From an uncultured Chloroflexia bacterium (GTDB taxonomy: Bacteria > Chloroflexota > Limnocylindria > Limnocylindrales > CSP1-4), in NCBI GenBank assembly GCA_963703155.1, contig OY969796.1:3509875-3573874 (forward strand): a DNA stretch of 64,000 bases. Direction: 5' to 3'. The notes below the pieces were generated by a model. It worked only from the letters and a program-made list of their open reading frames with translations, made no database searches and was not told the DNA's origin. The number at the start of each line of letters is the position of its first letter. Position 1 is the stretch's first letter. The position numbers and the translations under genes are program-made. Positions 27,764 through 36,175 of the stretch are shown in pieces.

Positions 27764-28267
27764 ATGGACCGTGACGAGACGGCGATCGACGGGATCATCG
27801 TGCCGCCGTCCGAGGCGGACCGCGCCGGCGAACTGGCGAGCGGCACGATCCAGCGCGGCTTCGGCGGCGACACCGAGCGGCTTCGGCGGTTCGTCTCGGC
27901 GCTGGCCGCCGCCCTCCCGGCGGGCACCATGGTCGCCCTGCGCGGCAGCGCCGTAGTCGGCCGCTCCTTCAGGACCGGCGCGCCGTTCGATGCCCAGGGT
28001 CCGGGCACCAGCGACCTCGACATCGTGGTGCTGGGCGAGACCGTCCACGAGCTGTTCAGCGACGAGGCGCAGTACCTCGGCGGGATCAACACGGTCCCCG
28101 CATCCGACGCCGCTCCCTGGGCCGCCCCCACGCTGGAGGCGGCACGCCGGCAGGCCCAGGCGATCGCGCGCCGCCCGGTGAGCATCCAGGCGCAGGCCCC
28201 CTGGTTCCTGGAGCTGCGCGCCAGAATCCAGAACCAGCCCTATGTGATCCTGGCCCACGACAGGTGA
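27764..28267 (+). CDS. Minimal nucleotidyltransferase-fold protein (167 aa)
   Basis: GS...(D/E)hD motif: LRGSAVVGRSFRTGAPFDAQGPGTSDLDIVVLGE. GCGGAGG SD. Translationally coupled (GTGA) to the downstream EEP gene. Confidence 0.55.
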   Translation: MDRDETAIDGIIVPPSEADRAGELASGTIQRGFGGDTERLRRFVSALAAALPAGTMVALRGSAVVGRSFRTGAPFDAQGPGTSDLDIVVLGETVHELFSDEAQYLGGINTVPASDAAPWAAPTLEAARRQAQAIARRPVSIQAQAPWFLELRARIQNQPYVILAHDR

Positions 28268-29112
28268 CCCTCCGCCTCGTCAGCTACAACATCCGAAGGG
28301 GGGGCCGGCGGCGGAGCCGGCTGATCAGCGAGGTGCTCCGCCGGCTCGACCCCGACCTTGTCGTGCTCCAGGAGGCGATCGACCCCTGGGTTGTCGCCGA
28401 GGTCGGGCGCGAGATCGGCGCCGGCGTGATCCTGGCCGCGCCGGGGCGCTCGGTGGCGGTACTCAGCCGAATGGGCGAGCTCGAGGCGTCGTGGCACCGG
28501 GGCACGCACGGTCCCCGCTACGCCGAGGTCCAACTCCCGTCGATCGACGCCCGGCTGCTTGGCCTGCACCTCACCGCCGGGTTGTCAGGTCGCGGCGAAC
28601 GACGTCGGGCCCGGGAGGCGGAGCAGGTCCTCGCGACGGTTGCCGGTGGTTCCGGCGCGGCGGCCCGCGTCGTCCTCGCCGGCGACTTCAACGCGGTGGC
28701 GCCAGGCGACCTGCCTGCCGTGCGCCAGCTGCCCGCCTGGATCCGCATCCTGCTTCGGGTCGACGGGGGCATCTCGACCCGCGTCATGCAGCGGCTGCTG
28801 GGCGCCGGGTTCGTCGACGCGTTCCGCCTGCGGAACCCCGACACACCGGGTGCGACCGTGCCATCGGACGCACCCGCCGTCCGGCTCGACTACGTCCTCC
28901 TCGGCGCGAGCGTCGCGCCGCGCCTCATCGAATGCCGGGTCGTTGGCGCGGACCCCGTCCTCCTGGCCGCGGCGTCGGACCACCTGCCGATCCTCGTGGA
29001 GCTGGCGACGGAGCTGCCGAGCGACGCGCACGAGGACGCAACGGATCAGCAACGAGACGCCGGGGCGCACCGGCACACTCGCAACGAGGAGCGCGGGACC
29101 ATGCGCCCATGA
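28264..29112 (+). CDS. Endonuclease/exonuclease/phosphatase (EEP) family protein
   Basis: MTLRLVSYNIRRGG...DLVVLQEA...LAGDFNAV...SDHLPILVEL. The start overlaps the NTase stop (GTGA) and the stop overlaps the DoxX start (ATGA). Confidence 0.75.
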   Translation: MTLRLVSYNIRRGGRRRSRLISEVLRRLDPDLVVLQEAIDPWVVAEVGREIGAGVILAAPGRSVAVLSRMGELEASWHRGTHGPRYAEVQLPSIDARLLGLHLTAGLSGRGERRRAREAEQVLATVAGGSGAAARVVLAGDFNAVAPGDLPAVRQLPAWIRILLRVDGGISTRVMQRLLGAGFVDAFRLRNPDTPGATVPSDAPAVRLDYVLLGASVAPRLIECRVVGADPVLLAAASDHLPILVELATELPSDAHEDATDQQRDAGAHRHTRNEERGTMRP

Positions 29113-29693
29113 CCGCACTCGACGCCGGACTGCTGCTGCTCGGCATCGTGGCCGGGCTGACCCTCGCCGGGCACGGCGCCCAGAAGGCGTTCGGCTGGTT
29201 CGGCGGGCCCGGGATGCAGGGCTGGACGAGCGCCGTCGCCGGGTTGGGCTTCTACCCGGCCGCCCCCTTCGCCACGATCGCCATGCTCGCCGAGCTGTTG
29301 GGCGGGCTGGGGCTCGCGCTGGGATTCCTGACCTCGGTCGCTGCCGCGGTCATCGTCGCTCAGTCGGTCGTCATCGTCTTCCACGTCCACTGGAGGCATG
29401 GGTTCTGGAACACCGAGCGCGGGATCGAATATCCGCTCCTGATCGGCGTGGTGGCCGTATTCCTCGGCCTTGCCGGCCGGGGCATGCTCAGCGTTGACGG
29501 GCTCCTCTCGTCTCGGCTCTGGTTCCCAAGCGGAAGTCTGATGCCCGTGCACTCGGTGATGCCGCCCCTCACCGTGCGCGTCGCGCTGCTGCTGGTCGGT
29601 GCCATTGCCGGATCGGCGGCCCTGGCGGTGCCGCGGCTGGCGCGGGCGCTCCGGTCGACCGACAGCGTGGGCAAGCGCGGTGCCGCCCGGTGA
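29109..29693 (+). CDS. DoxX-family membrane protein
   Basis: ...LLLLGIVAGLTLAGHGAQKAFGWFGGPG... is a typical DoxX N-terminus, with four predicted TM segments. Confidence 0.75.
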   Translation: MTALDAGLLLLGIVAGLTLAGHGAQKAFGWFGGPGMQGWTSAVAGLGFYPAAPFATIAMLAELLGGLGLALGFLTSVAAAVIVAQSVVIVFHVHWRHGFWNTERGIEYPLLIGVVAVFLGLAGRGMLSVDGLLSSRLWFPSGSLMPVHSVMPPLTVRVALLLVGAIAGSAALAVPRLARALRSTDSVGKRGAAR

Positions 29694-30022
29694 GCCTCGG
29701 CGACCTGCGGATCGATCCCCACCTCGTCCGGGCCCTCGGCGGCGAGGAGGTGACCACCGGTGCCGAGCTCGACGAGGTGACCGTGGCGCTGACGCCGTCA
29801 CGGCTCGTGGTTGCCGACCCGCAGCGCCTCCGGCTGGACCTTCCCCTCGCCCAGCTGCACCGGGTCCAGCTCGTGGTCGAGAGCGACCGGCCCGGGCTGC
29901 TCACGTTCGTCCCGGTGAACGACCGGTATCCGGCCGTGCTCGTCAGCGTGCCGCGGGAGCAGTTCGAGGAGGCGGGCGAGGTGGTGATGGCCATCGGGCG
30001 TGTGGTGGCGAAGCGGCGATGA
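29690..30022 (+). CDS. Small hypothetical protein, possibly a bacterial PH-like fold
   Basis: 110 aa. The GTG start overlaps the DoxX stop (GTGA). ...LVVADPQRLRLDLPLAQLHRVQLVVESDRPGLLTFVP... Confidence 0.4.
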   Translation: MSLGDLRIDPHLVRALGGEEVTTGAELDEVTVALTPSRLVVADPQRLRLDLPLAQLHRVQLVVESDRPGLLTFVPVNDRYPAVLVSVPREQFEEAGEVVMAIGRVVAKRR

Positions 30023-30044
30023 CGACCTTCGAGGAGATCCGGCC

Positions 30045-30929
30045 ATGACCGTTCAGGACCAGCTCGCTCAAGTCGGCGGGATCATCGGCGACTTCGTGGG
30101 GTCGATCCTCCGCAATCCCGGCGTCCAGACCGGGCTGCGCCTCGCCGTCTGGGGCCTGATCGCGCTGTGGTTCGTGACCGTCTTCTGGGCCTTCCGGGAC
30201 GCCCGCGCCCGGACCCGTAACTGGCTTGTCGCTCTGGGAGCGCCCACCGGCATCGCCCTGGCGACACCGGTGGCGTTCCCCTTGGCGGTTGTCGTCTGGC
30301 GGATCCTGCGGCCGGAGGGGACGGTCGCCGAGGCACGCGAGCAGCAACTGACCATCGAGGCCCTCCGCGCCGCCGCTCAGCGGCCCACGTGCCTGGGCTG
30401 CGGGTCCACGGTGAATGCCGAGTGGCGGCGCTGCCCGTGGTGCCGCACCTGGCTGCAGGCCTCCTGTCCTCGCTGCCAGCGGCTGGTGGAGCTCGGTTCT
30501 GAGGTGTGCCCGTGGTGCGTCGTTGAGTTGGCGGCCGGCGCGCTTGTGCCGCAGGTGGGTTCACCAACGTTGGTGCCGGTGATGGCGGTCTCAGCGGCGC
30601 TGGCCTCCGTGTCGGAGCCCGCCGCCGTCGAGTCGCCGCAGGCCGCGTTGCCAGCTCGCCAGCCACGACGGGAGGAGGTCCGCCTGGTGCCGCCGGAGCC
30701 GGCCACCGCGTCGGCGGCATCCCCGAAGGTTGTCGCCGCGCCCGCCCGCGCCGCGTCGAGCGCGGCGTCCGCGGAGCCGCGCAGGTGCGGCGGACCTCCG
30801 CCGACAGGCCGAGGAGCCGACGCCCAGCAGCTCCGCGCTCTGGTAGGTCGGCCCGGCACTGGGAGCCCCAGCGCAAGGCCGGTGTCATCTGATCTCGTCT
30901 GCGGCTCGGTCGACCGCAACCGGGGCTGA
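30045..30929 (+). CDS. Membrane protein with a C-terminal double zinc ribbon and a Pro/Ala/Ser-rich tail
   Basis: TM helices (LRLAVWGLIALWFVTVFWAF; IALATPVAFPLAVVVW) followed by CLGCGS...CPWCRTW...CPRCQRL...CPWC. GAGGAG SD 8 nt upstream. Confidence 0.6.
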   Translation: MTVQDQLAQVGGIIGDFVGSILRNPGVQTGLRLAVWGLIALWFVTVFWAFRDARARTRNWLVALGAPTGIALATPVAFPLAVVVWRILRPEGTVAEAREQQLTIEALRAAAQRPTCLGCGSTVNAEWRRCPWCRTWLQASCPRCQRLVELGSEVCPWCVVELAAGALVPQVGSPTLVPVMAVSAALASVSEPAAVESPQAALPARQPRREEVRLVPPEPATASAASPKVVAAPARAASSAASAEPRRCGGPPPTGRGADAQQLRALVGRPGTGSPSARPVSSDLVCGSVDRNRG

Positions 30930-30971
30930 ACGAGACTGGGAGTCATCCACGAACCGCACGGAGGTCAGTCC

Positions 30972-31304
30972 ATGACCGAGTCGATGTCAGCTGGCGCCAC
31001 GTCCGCCAGCGGCCACCCGGGCGAGGACTTCGTCTGCCGCCATTGCGCCTGCGAGATCATGGTCAAGCACTGGGGCGAGCCGAGGTCCCACGCCGACAGC
31101 GGCGCGTTCGTCTGCCACTGCGGCCGCCAGATGGAGCCCGAGCACACCAGGCAGAGCGGCCAGATGGAGATGAGCCAGAGCCGCGCGCAGGGTGGCGATG
31201 CGTTCAACCAGGAGGACTTCCTGGGCCAGGGCGGGGGTGCTGGCGAGGCGACCGACATGGACCGCACGTCGTCCACCACCCCCAGCCCCGGCGGCGGGCG
31301 GTAG
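30972..31304 (+). CDS. Small Cys/His-rich hypothetical protein (putative metal-binding)
   Basis: ...FVCRHCACEIMVKHWGEPRSHADSGAFVCHCGRQMEPEH.... GGAGG SD. Confidence 0.5.
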   Translation: MTESMSAGATSASGHPGEDFVCRHCACEIMVKHWGEPRSHADSGAFVCHCGRQMEPEHTRQSGQMEMSQSRAQGGDAFNQEDFLGQGGGAGEATDMDRTSSTTPSPGGGR

Positions 31305-31319
31305 CGCTGGCAGGACCCC

Positions 31320-32083
31320 TTGCCCCTCCACGTCGGCACGTCGGGCTTCGACTATCCGGAGTGGGTCGGCCGGATCTACCCCCGGCGGCTCCCGGCGGGC
31401 GAGCGGCTGGCGTTCTATGCCACGCTGTTCCTGCGGTCGAGCTCAACGCCACCTTCTACCGGCTGCCAACGCGGAAGCAGTGCGAGCGGTGGGCGGCGCA
31501 GGTGCCGCCCGACTTCCGGTTCGCGGTCAAGGCCTCGCGCTACCTGACGCACGTGCTCCGGCTGCGGCAGCCCCACGAGGCCGTGGAGCGGATGCTCGAT
31601 CGCATCGAGCCGCTGGGCGACGCCTGGGCCCGTGCTCGTCCAGCTGCCGCCCGACTCCCCCTGGACGCCGAGGCGCTCGACGCCAGCTCGACGGCCTTCG
31701 ATGTCTTCGGCCCCGCCGGGCTGCGACGTCCGAAGTGCCGTGGAGCCGCGCCATGAGACCTGGTTCGTGCCCGAGGTCGAGGCGATCCTGCGGGACCACC
31801 GCGCCGCCCTCGTGCCGGGCGGACCGTCGCGGCCAGCGCTCCCCTGAGTGGCGCACGGCAGACTGGCGGTACATCAGGATGCACGAGGGCGTGGCGTCCC
31901 GGCGGGCTGCTACGACTCAAGGGACCTCACGCCCTCGCGACGCGGCTGTCGGAGGAGGGCACGGGCGCCACGGCCGACTGGGTCTTCTTCAACAACGACG
32001 GCCACGCCTGCGCGCCCGCCAACGCGCGCACGCTCAGCCGTCTCGCCGATCACGCCGGCTTCGAGGTCGTGGCGCCATCGTAG
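31320..32083 (+). pseudogene. DUF72 (UPF0759) family gene broken by at least four frameshifts
   Basis: Conserved DUF72 blocks lie in different frames: MPLHVGTSGFDYPEWVGRIYPRRLPAGERLAFYATLF | VELNATFYRLPTRKQCERWAAQVPPDFRFAVKASRYLTH | LVQLPPD...VEPRHETWFVPEVEAILRDHRAALV | SPEWRTADWRYIRMHEG | ...ATRLSEEGTGATADWVFFNNDGHACAPANARTLSRLA. Confidence 0.7.
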
Positions 32084-32534
32084 GCAGCCCCATCCTTCGC
32101 GCACGCGGCTCCGCGTGGGGGACCACCAATTCGCCGCCGGGAGGCGCGTATGGCCCCGGACAGCCCCGGATCTCCCCCGGCAGGCGGTATGGGGCTCGAA
32201 GGTTGCGGGATCGACCGATTCTCGCCGCGGGCAACGCCGAAGGGCCTCCCCGAGGCGAAATGGCGCCTCCGGTCCTCCCGCGGCGCGGGCAAGCAGGGAG
32301 CCGGGCGAGCAAGCGGGGTCGTCGCGCGGGCGAGGCTGCCGCACCCAGGCCCAGCGCGGCGAGGTCGATCCCAGCCCGGACCTCTGCTATCCTGCGGCCC
32401 GACGTCGGTCGCCGCACGCGGACCGCGCCGCCAGCCGGAGCCACCACGCTCACCTGAGGCCGTCGGCACGATCCCGCGGATGGCCCCAGCAACGGGGTCG
32501 TGGAGGCAGGTCCTTCCGGACCGACATCGATCGT

Positions 32535-32619
32535 GGGTCGGTCGGGCAGGTGGTGAGCCCAAGGGTCTGTAAAACCCTCGCCTTCGGCTGTGGCAGTTCG
32601 ATTCTGCCCCGGCCCACCA
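32535..32619 (+). tRNA. tRNA-Tyr (anticodon GTA) with a long variable arm
   Basis: Acceptor GGGTCGG/CCGGCCC, D-stem GGGC/GCCC, anticodon stem AGGGT/ACCCT with loop CTGTAAA, variable hairpin GCC-ttc-GGC, T-arm GGCAG-TTCGATT-CTGCC, ACCA. Confidence 0.85.
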
Positions 32620-33316
32620 GCACTCTCAGGGACAGCGTGTCCGTGACTCGGTGACCAGTCGCGCGCGCCTCGGCGGGCTACCATCGCGCCAAGAGCGATC
32701 CCGCGACCCGCGCTGCCGACCCCCTCCCCCGTCCCCGCAATGAGGGCGTGACCACCGCTGGATCCCGCTCGCCCATCCACCGCGGCGCCCTGCGCGTCGG
32801 TCTGGGGCTGATCGCCTGGCTGCTCGTGATCAGGGACTCCGCGCCAAGGTCACCCTGCGATACCGCGCGGACCTGTTGCCGTGCTTCGTGGTGCTGGCGA
32901 TGGCCGGGCGGTACCGAGCGGCTGCACACGGGCTAGCTCGTGATCTCGCTCTCGCTGCTGGCATGACACCGCATCATGCCGGGTTTCGGCCCCGCGGCGG
33001 CGGACGCGAAGGGGCCCCACCGCGATGGTGTCGCCCGCCTGATGGTGCGGCTCCGAGACCGCCTCCGGGTGAGCGCCTCCGTCCGCGCGGCGAGGCCCCA
33101 AGAACGCCGGACGGCCAGAGGTGAGCCGCCGGCAGGTCGACGACCCGGAACGCCCGGGCATCGCCGAGTGCTGGCTCCGGCGGCGCTGCCCGCCCGAGCC
33201 CGAAGTGGATCGCGGAACTGACGTTCATCGTCCGATCCCGGCCGGGCGCCAGCTGCAGCACCCTGATGATCGGGATCAGGCGGATCCGTCGCTGAGTCTC
33301 ACGCACTCCGCGGGCA

Positions 33317-33468
33317 CGTCATGACGGGACGTCATCCGCGGGCGGGGCCGGTCAGTCCATGGCGGCCCGGGCCCCCGACCCGAAGCCGCCCCAGCCGACG
33401 TCGCGAAGGTCGGGATGAACCGGCACCCGCAGCCGGCGGCAACCAGGTCATGACGGACGGTCATGACG
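33317..33468. promoter_or_regulatory. Cluster of CGTCATGACG palindromes (33317-33326, 33446-33455, 33459-33468, plus a half-site at 33329-33337) upstream of yceI
   Basis: The 8-10 bp perfect palindrome occurs three times within 150 bp in a ~960-bp non-coding stretch between tRNA-Tyr and the YceI gene. Confidence 0.4.
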
Positions 33469-33583
33469 CAGGGCTCCGAGCGGCCAAGACTTGCGACGGG
33501 TCACCCGAACCCCGCCCTTGCCGCGAGTCCCTGACACGGGACACGACCACTCGTCACAGGGGATCCGTCGACAAGGAGACACG

Positions 33584-34156
33584 ATGGCACCCTGGCAGCT
33601 CGATCCCGTCCACTCCACGATCCAGTTCTCCGGGCGCCACATGATGGTGTCGAACGTGCGCGGCAGCTTCCGCGACTTCAGCCTCGAGGTCGTGTTCGAC
33701 CCGGAGCATCCGGAGCTCGGCAGCGTCGTCGCGACTGTCCAGGCCGCATCAATCGACACCGGTCAGGCGCAGCGGGACGCGCACCTGCGCTCGGCGGACT
33801 TCCTCGACGCGGAGCAGTTCCCCACCCTGACCTTCCGGAGCACCGGCGTCGAGCCGCGCGGCGACGACGCGTTCGCGCTCAAGGGCGACCTCACGATGCA
33901 CGGCGTGACCCTGCCGGTGGTGTTCGACGCCGAGTACGTGGGCGAGGTCGCCAACCCGCAGGGCGGCCGCAGCGCGGGCCTCTCGGCGCGCGGCCGCATC
34001 AAGCGCCACGACTGGGGCCTGACATGGAACGTCGGTCTCGAGGCTGGCGGCCTGATGGTGGGCGACGAGATCAAGGTCGAGGTCGAGGTCGAGCTCACGC
34101 AGGCGGCGCCGGCCGAGAGCGCGGCGCCGGTCGCCGCAAGCGCAGGCGTCGCATGA
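33584..34156 (+). CDS. YceI-family periplasmic/polyisoprenoid-binding protein
   Basis: ...WQLDPVHSTIQFSGRHMMVSNVRGSFRDF...ASIDTGQAQRDAHLRSADFLDAEQFPTLTF.... AAGGAG SD. Confidence 0.85.
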   Translation: MAPWQLDPVHSTIQFSGRHMMVSNVRGSFRDFSLEVVFDPEHPELGSVVATVQAASIDTGQAQRDAHLRSADFLDAEQFPTLTFRSTGVEPRGDDAFALKGDLTMHGVTLPVVFDAEYVGEVANPQGGRSAGLSARGRIKRHDWGLTWNVGLEAGGLMVGDEIKVEVEVELTQAAPAESAAPVAASAGVA

Positions 34157-34542
34157 CCACCCCACGCGACCGCCCGATCGACGTCGCACGTGCGCGCCGG
34201 CTCGTCGCAGCCGAACGGTCCCGAATCGAGTCGTCGCTCGCCGACCTCGAGGGTGCGGTCCGGGCGGAGGGCGACCTCCAGAGCCAGCAGGCTGGCGACA
34301 CCTCTGAGTCGGGTACCGAGGTGGCCGCAGAAGGCGTCGCCATGGCCGTCGGGGACGGCCTGCGGGGTCGGCTGCTCGAGGCCGATCGGGCGGCGAAGCG
34401 GCTTGACGCCGGCACGTACGGACGCTCCGTCGAGAGCGGCGCCCCGATCCCGCCTGCCCGATTGGCGGCCGATCCGCTCGCGGAGCGCACGGTTGACGAG
34501 CAGACGGCTCTCGACCGCCGGGGCGGCGTGACGCCGAGGTAA
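34153..34542 (+). CDS. TraR/DksA-like protein (Cys-less variant)
   Basis: The ATG overlaps the yceI stop (ATGA). ...LEADRAAKRLDAGTYGRSVESGAPIPPARLAADPLAERTVDEQ resembles the DksA/TraR C-terminal region but without the C4 cysteines. Confidence 0.5.
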   Translation: MTTPRDRPIDVARARRLVAAERSRIESSLADLEGAVRAEGDLQSQQAGDTSESGTEVAAEGVAMAVGDGLRGRLLEADRAAKRLDAGTYGRSVESGAPIPPARLAADPLAERTVDEQTALDRRGGVTPR

Positions 34543-34841
34543 CCGCCGGGCGGTCGAGCCCGCGGGTACCGGCTCGCCGGCACGTGGCGGGCTGAGGCGG
34601 CCGTCGCGGAGTCTCACCCTCTCGGACGAGTGCGCTCGGCGGTCCGTGGACGCTGACGACCCGGCGAAGGATTTCGGATTCCTCACCGAGCGTTGGGTCG
34701 ATCCTTCACCTGCCCCCCATCACGCTGCGGGAACGCTCAGCGTTTTCCATTGCGAGGGCGACGTAGCCGTCGCCCAGCGGCAGGGTTTCCGGCGGTCGCC
34801 TGCCAACGCGTCCTCGTGCCGCCGCGGAGGGTTTCTACTAC

Positions 34842-35309
34842 ATGCGCAAGCTCTCGCTCGTCGCGGGCGTCCTGCTCACGCTCGCCGTCAGCGCGACCAC
34901 GATGGCGGCCACGCCCGCCGCTGCCACACGCACCGTCGCGCACAGGACGCCGGCCGTCACGACCACCACCCTGACGTGGAAGGCGGCCTACGCCAAGGCG
35001 GCGATCAGCGGGTCGGCAGTCATGAGCGGCACCTCGACCTACACCTCCGACAAGGTGGTGGCTCGGGCGACGGGGATCAAGAAGGGCGCCGCGGTGGTCC
35101 TCAGGTTGTTCTGGAAGTCCGGCACCCACGACCACACCTTCGCCACGACCGCGGTGGCAGCGACCCTCACCGCCTCCGGTCAGTTCGTGCGCACGTGGTC
35201 TCTCTCCTCGACGCAGCGCGCGGCGCTGAGGGCCGCAGAGGCGCACAAGTACGCCGTCTACTTCCGGCTGGTGGACGGCTCCACGATCGCGACGGGCCTG
35301 TTCAAGTAG
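34842..35309 (+). CDS. Secreted hypothetical protein (signal peptide)
   Basis: MRKLSLVAGVLLTLAVSATTMAATPAAA.... GGAGGG SD. Confidence 0.6.
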   Translation: MRKLSLVAGVLLTLAVSATTMAATPAAATRTVAHRTPAVTTTTLTWKAAYAKAAISGSAVMSGTSTYTSDKVVARATGIKKGAAVVLRLFWKSGTHDHTFATTAVAATLTASGQFVRTWSLSSTQRAALRAAEAHKYAVYFRLVDGSTIATGLFK

Positions 35310-35368
35310 GCCAGACCTCAGCCGCCGCGCTCCCGGGCTCGTCCCGCCCGGGAGCGCGGCCACGCGCC

Positions 35369-35995
35369 TTGCCGATCACCGGCACTCCCGCCGCCATCGA
35401 AGCGCCCGAGGCAGACCCAAGCCTCGAGCGCCTTGCTCTGTCAGCCCGAGACGGCGATGCGACCGCCTTCGCAGGCCTGTACGCCGCCTGCGCCCCAGCG
35501 GTGTTCCGCTATGGCTACGCGAGGAGCCGCAATCCTGCCGACGCCGAGGACCTGCTCCAGCAGACCTTCCTGCGAGTGGTCGAGGCGCTTCCCCGATACG
35601 AAGACCGCGGGCTGCCGTTCCGTGCCTGGCTGTTTCGCATCTGCCGCTCCGTGGCGGTCGACGCCCACCGCCGCCGGCGTCCCCAGGTGCCGCTTGACGA
35701 CGCCATCGAGCTCGTCGACGCGGGCGCGGGCCGTGGCGCCATCGGCTGGGGCAGGCTCGCGGAGGTCCTGGTCGCCATCGAAGGGCTCACCCTCGAGCAG
35801 CGCCAGGCCATCGAGCTGCGGTTCTTCGCCGACCTGTCAGCCCGTGACGCCGGGGTCGTGATGGGCCGCGACGAGGCCGCGGTCCGTGCGCTCCAGTCTC
35901 GCGCCATCGCGACGCTGCGGCGACGCCTGGGGGTCGAGCAGCCCGCCGCCGGGCAGCCGGCGGATCTGCTGTGGAGCGAACCAGCACCCTGGTGA
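35369..35995 (+). CDS. ECF-type RNA polymerase sigma-70 factor (TTG start proposed)
   Basis: ...ARDGDATAFAGLYAACAPAVFRYGYARSRNPADAEDLLQQTFLRVVEAL... (region 2) and ...LTLEQRQAIELRFFADLSARDAGVVMGRDEAAVRALQSRAIATLRR (region 4). Confidence 0.75.
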   Translation: MPITGTPAAIEAPEADPSLERLALSARDGDATAFAGLYAACAPAVFRYGYARSRNPADAEDLLQQTFLRVVEALPRYEDRGLPFRAWLFRICRSVAVDAHRRRRPQVPLDDAIELVDAGAGRGAIGWGRLAEVLVAIEGLTLEQRQAIELRFFADLSARDAGVVMGRDEAAVRALQSRAIATLRRRLGVEQPAAGQPADLLWSEPAPW

Positions 35996-36175
35996 GCCCA
36001 CCGGCCGGGCGGTCGCCGGCGCCACCTCGCGGACCCGGCGGCCTTCATCGTGTTCGAGGCGCCGCCAAAGATTTGGCGATGCTTCGTACAATTGCGGCGC
36101 GCGACAGTCCCGGCCCTCTGTGCCCACCGAGCGGCGGGCGGTCGGCGGGCGCTGTTCGGTTGACGGGGAGGCGGC

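Noticed and set aside
32620-33583. Integrated mobile element at tRNA-Tyr
   Set aside because: No integrase or recombinase ORF, and no direct repeat of the tRNA 3' end, is present in the ~1 kb downstream.
33321-33644. 107-aa ORF over the palindrome cluster
   Set aside because: Its ATG codons are by-products of the ATGACG palindrome. The translation is Arg/Pro-rich with no SD.
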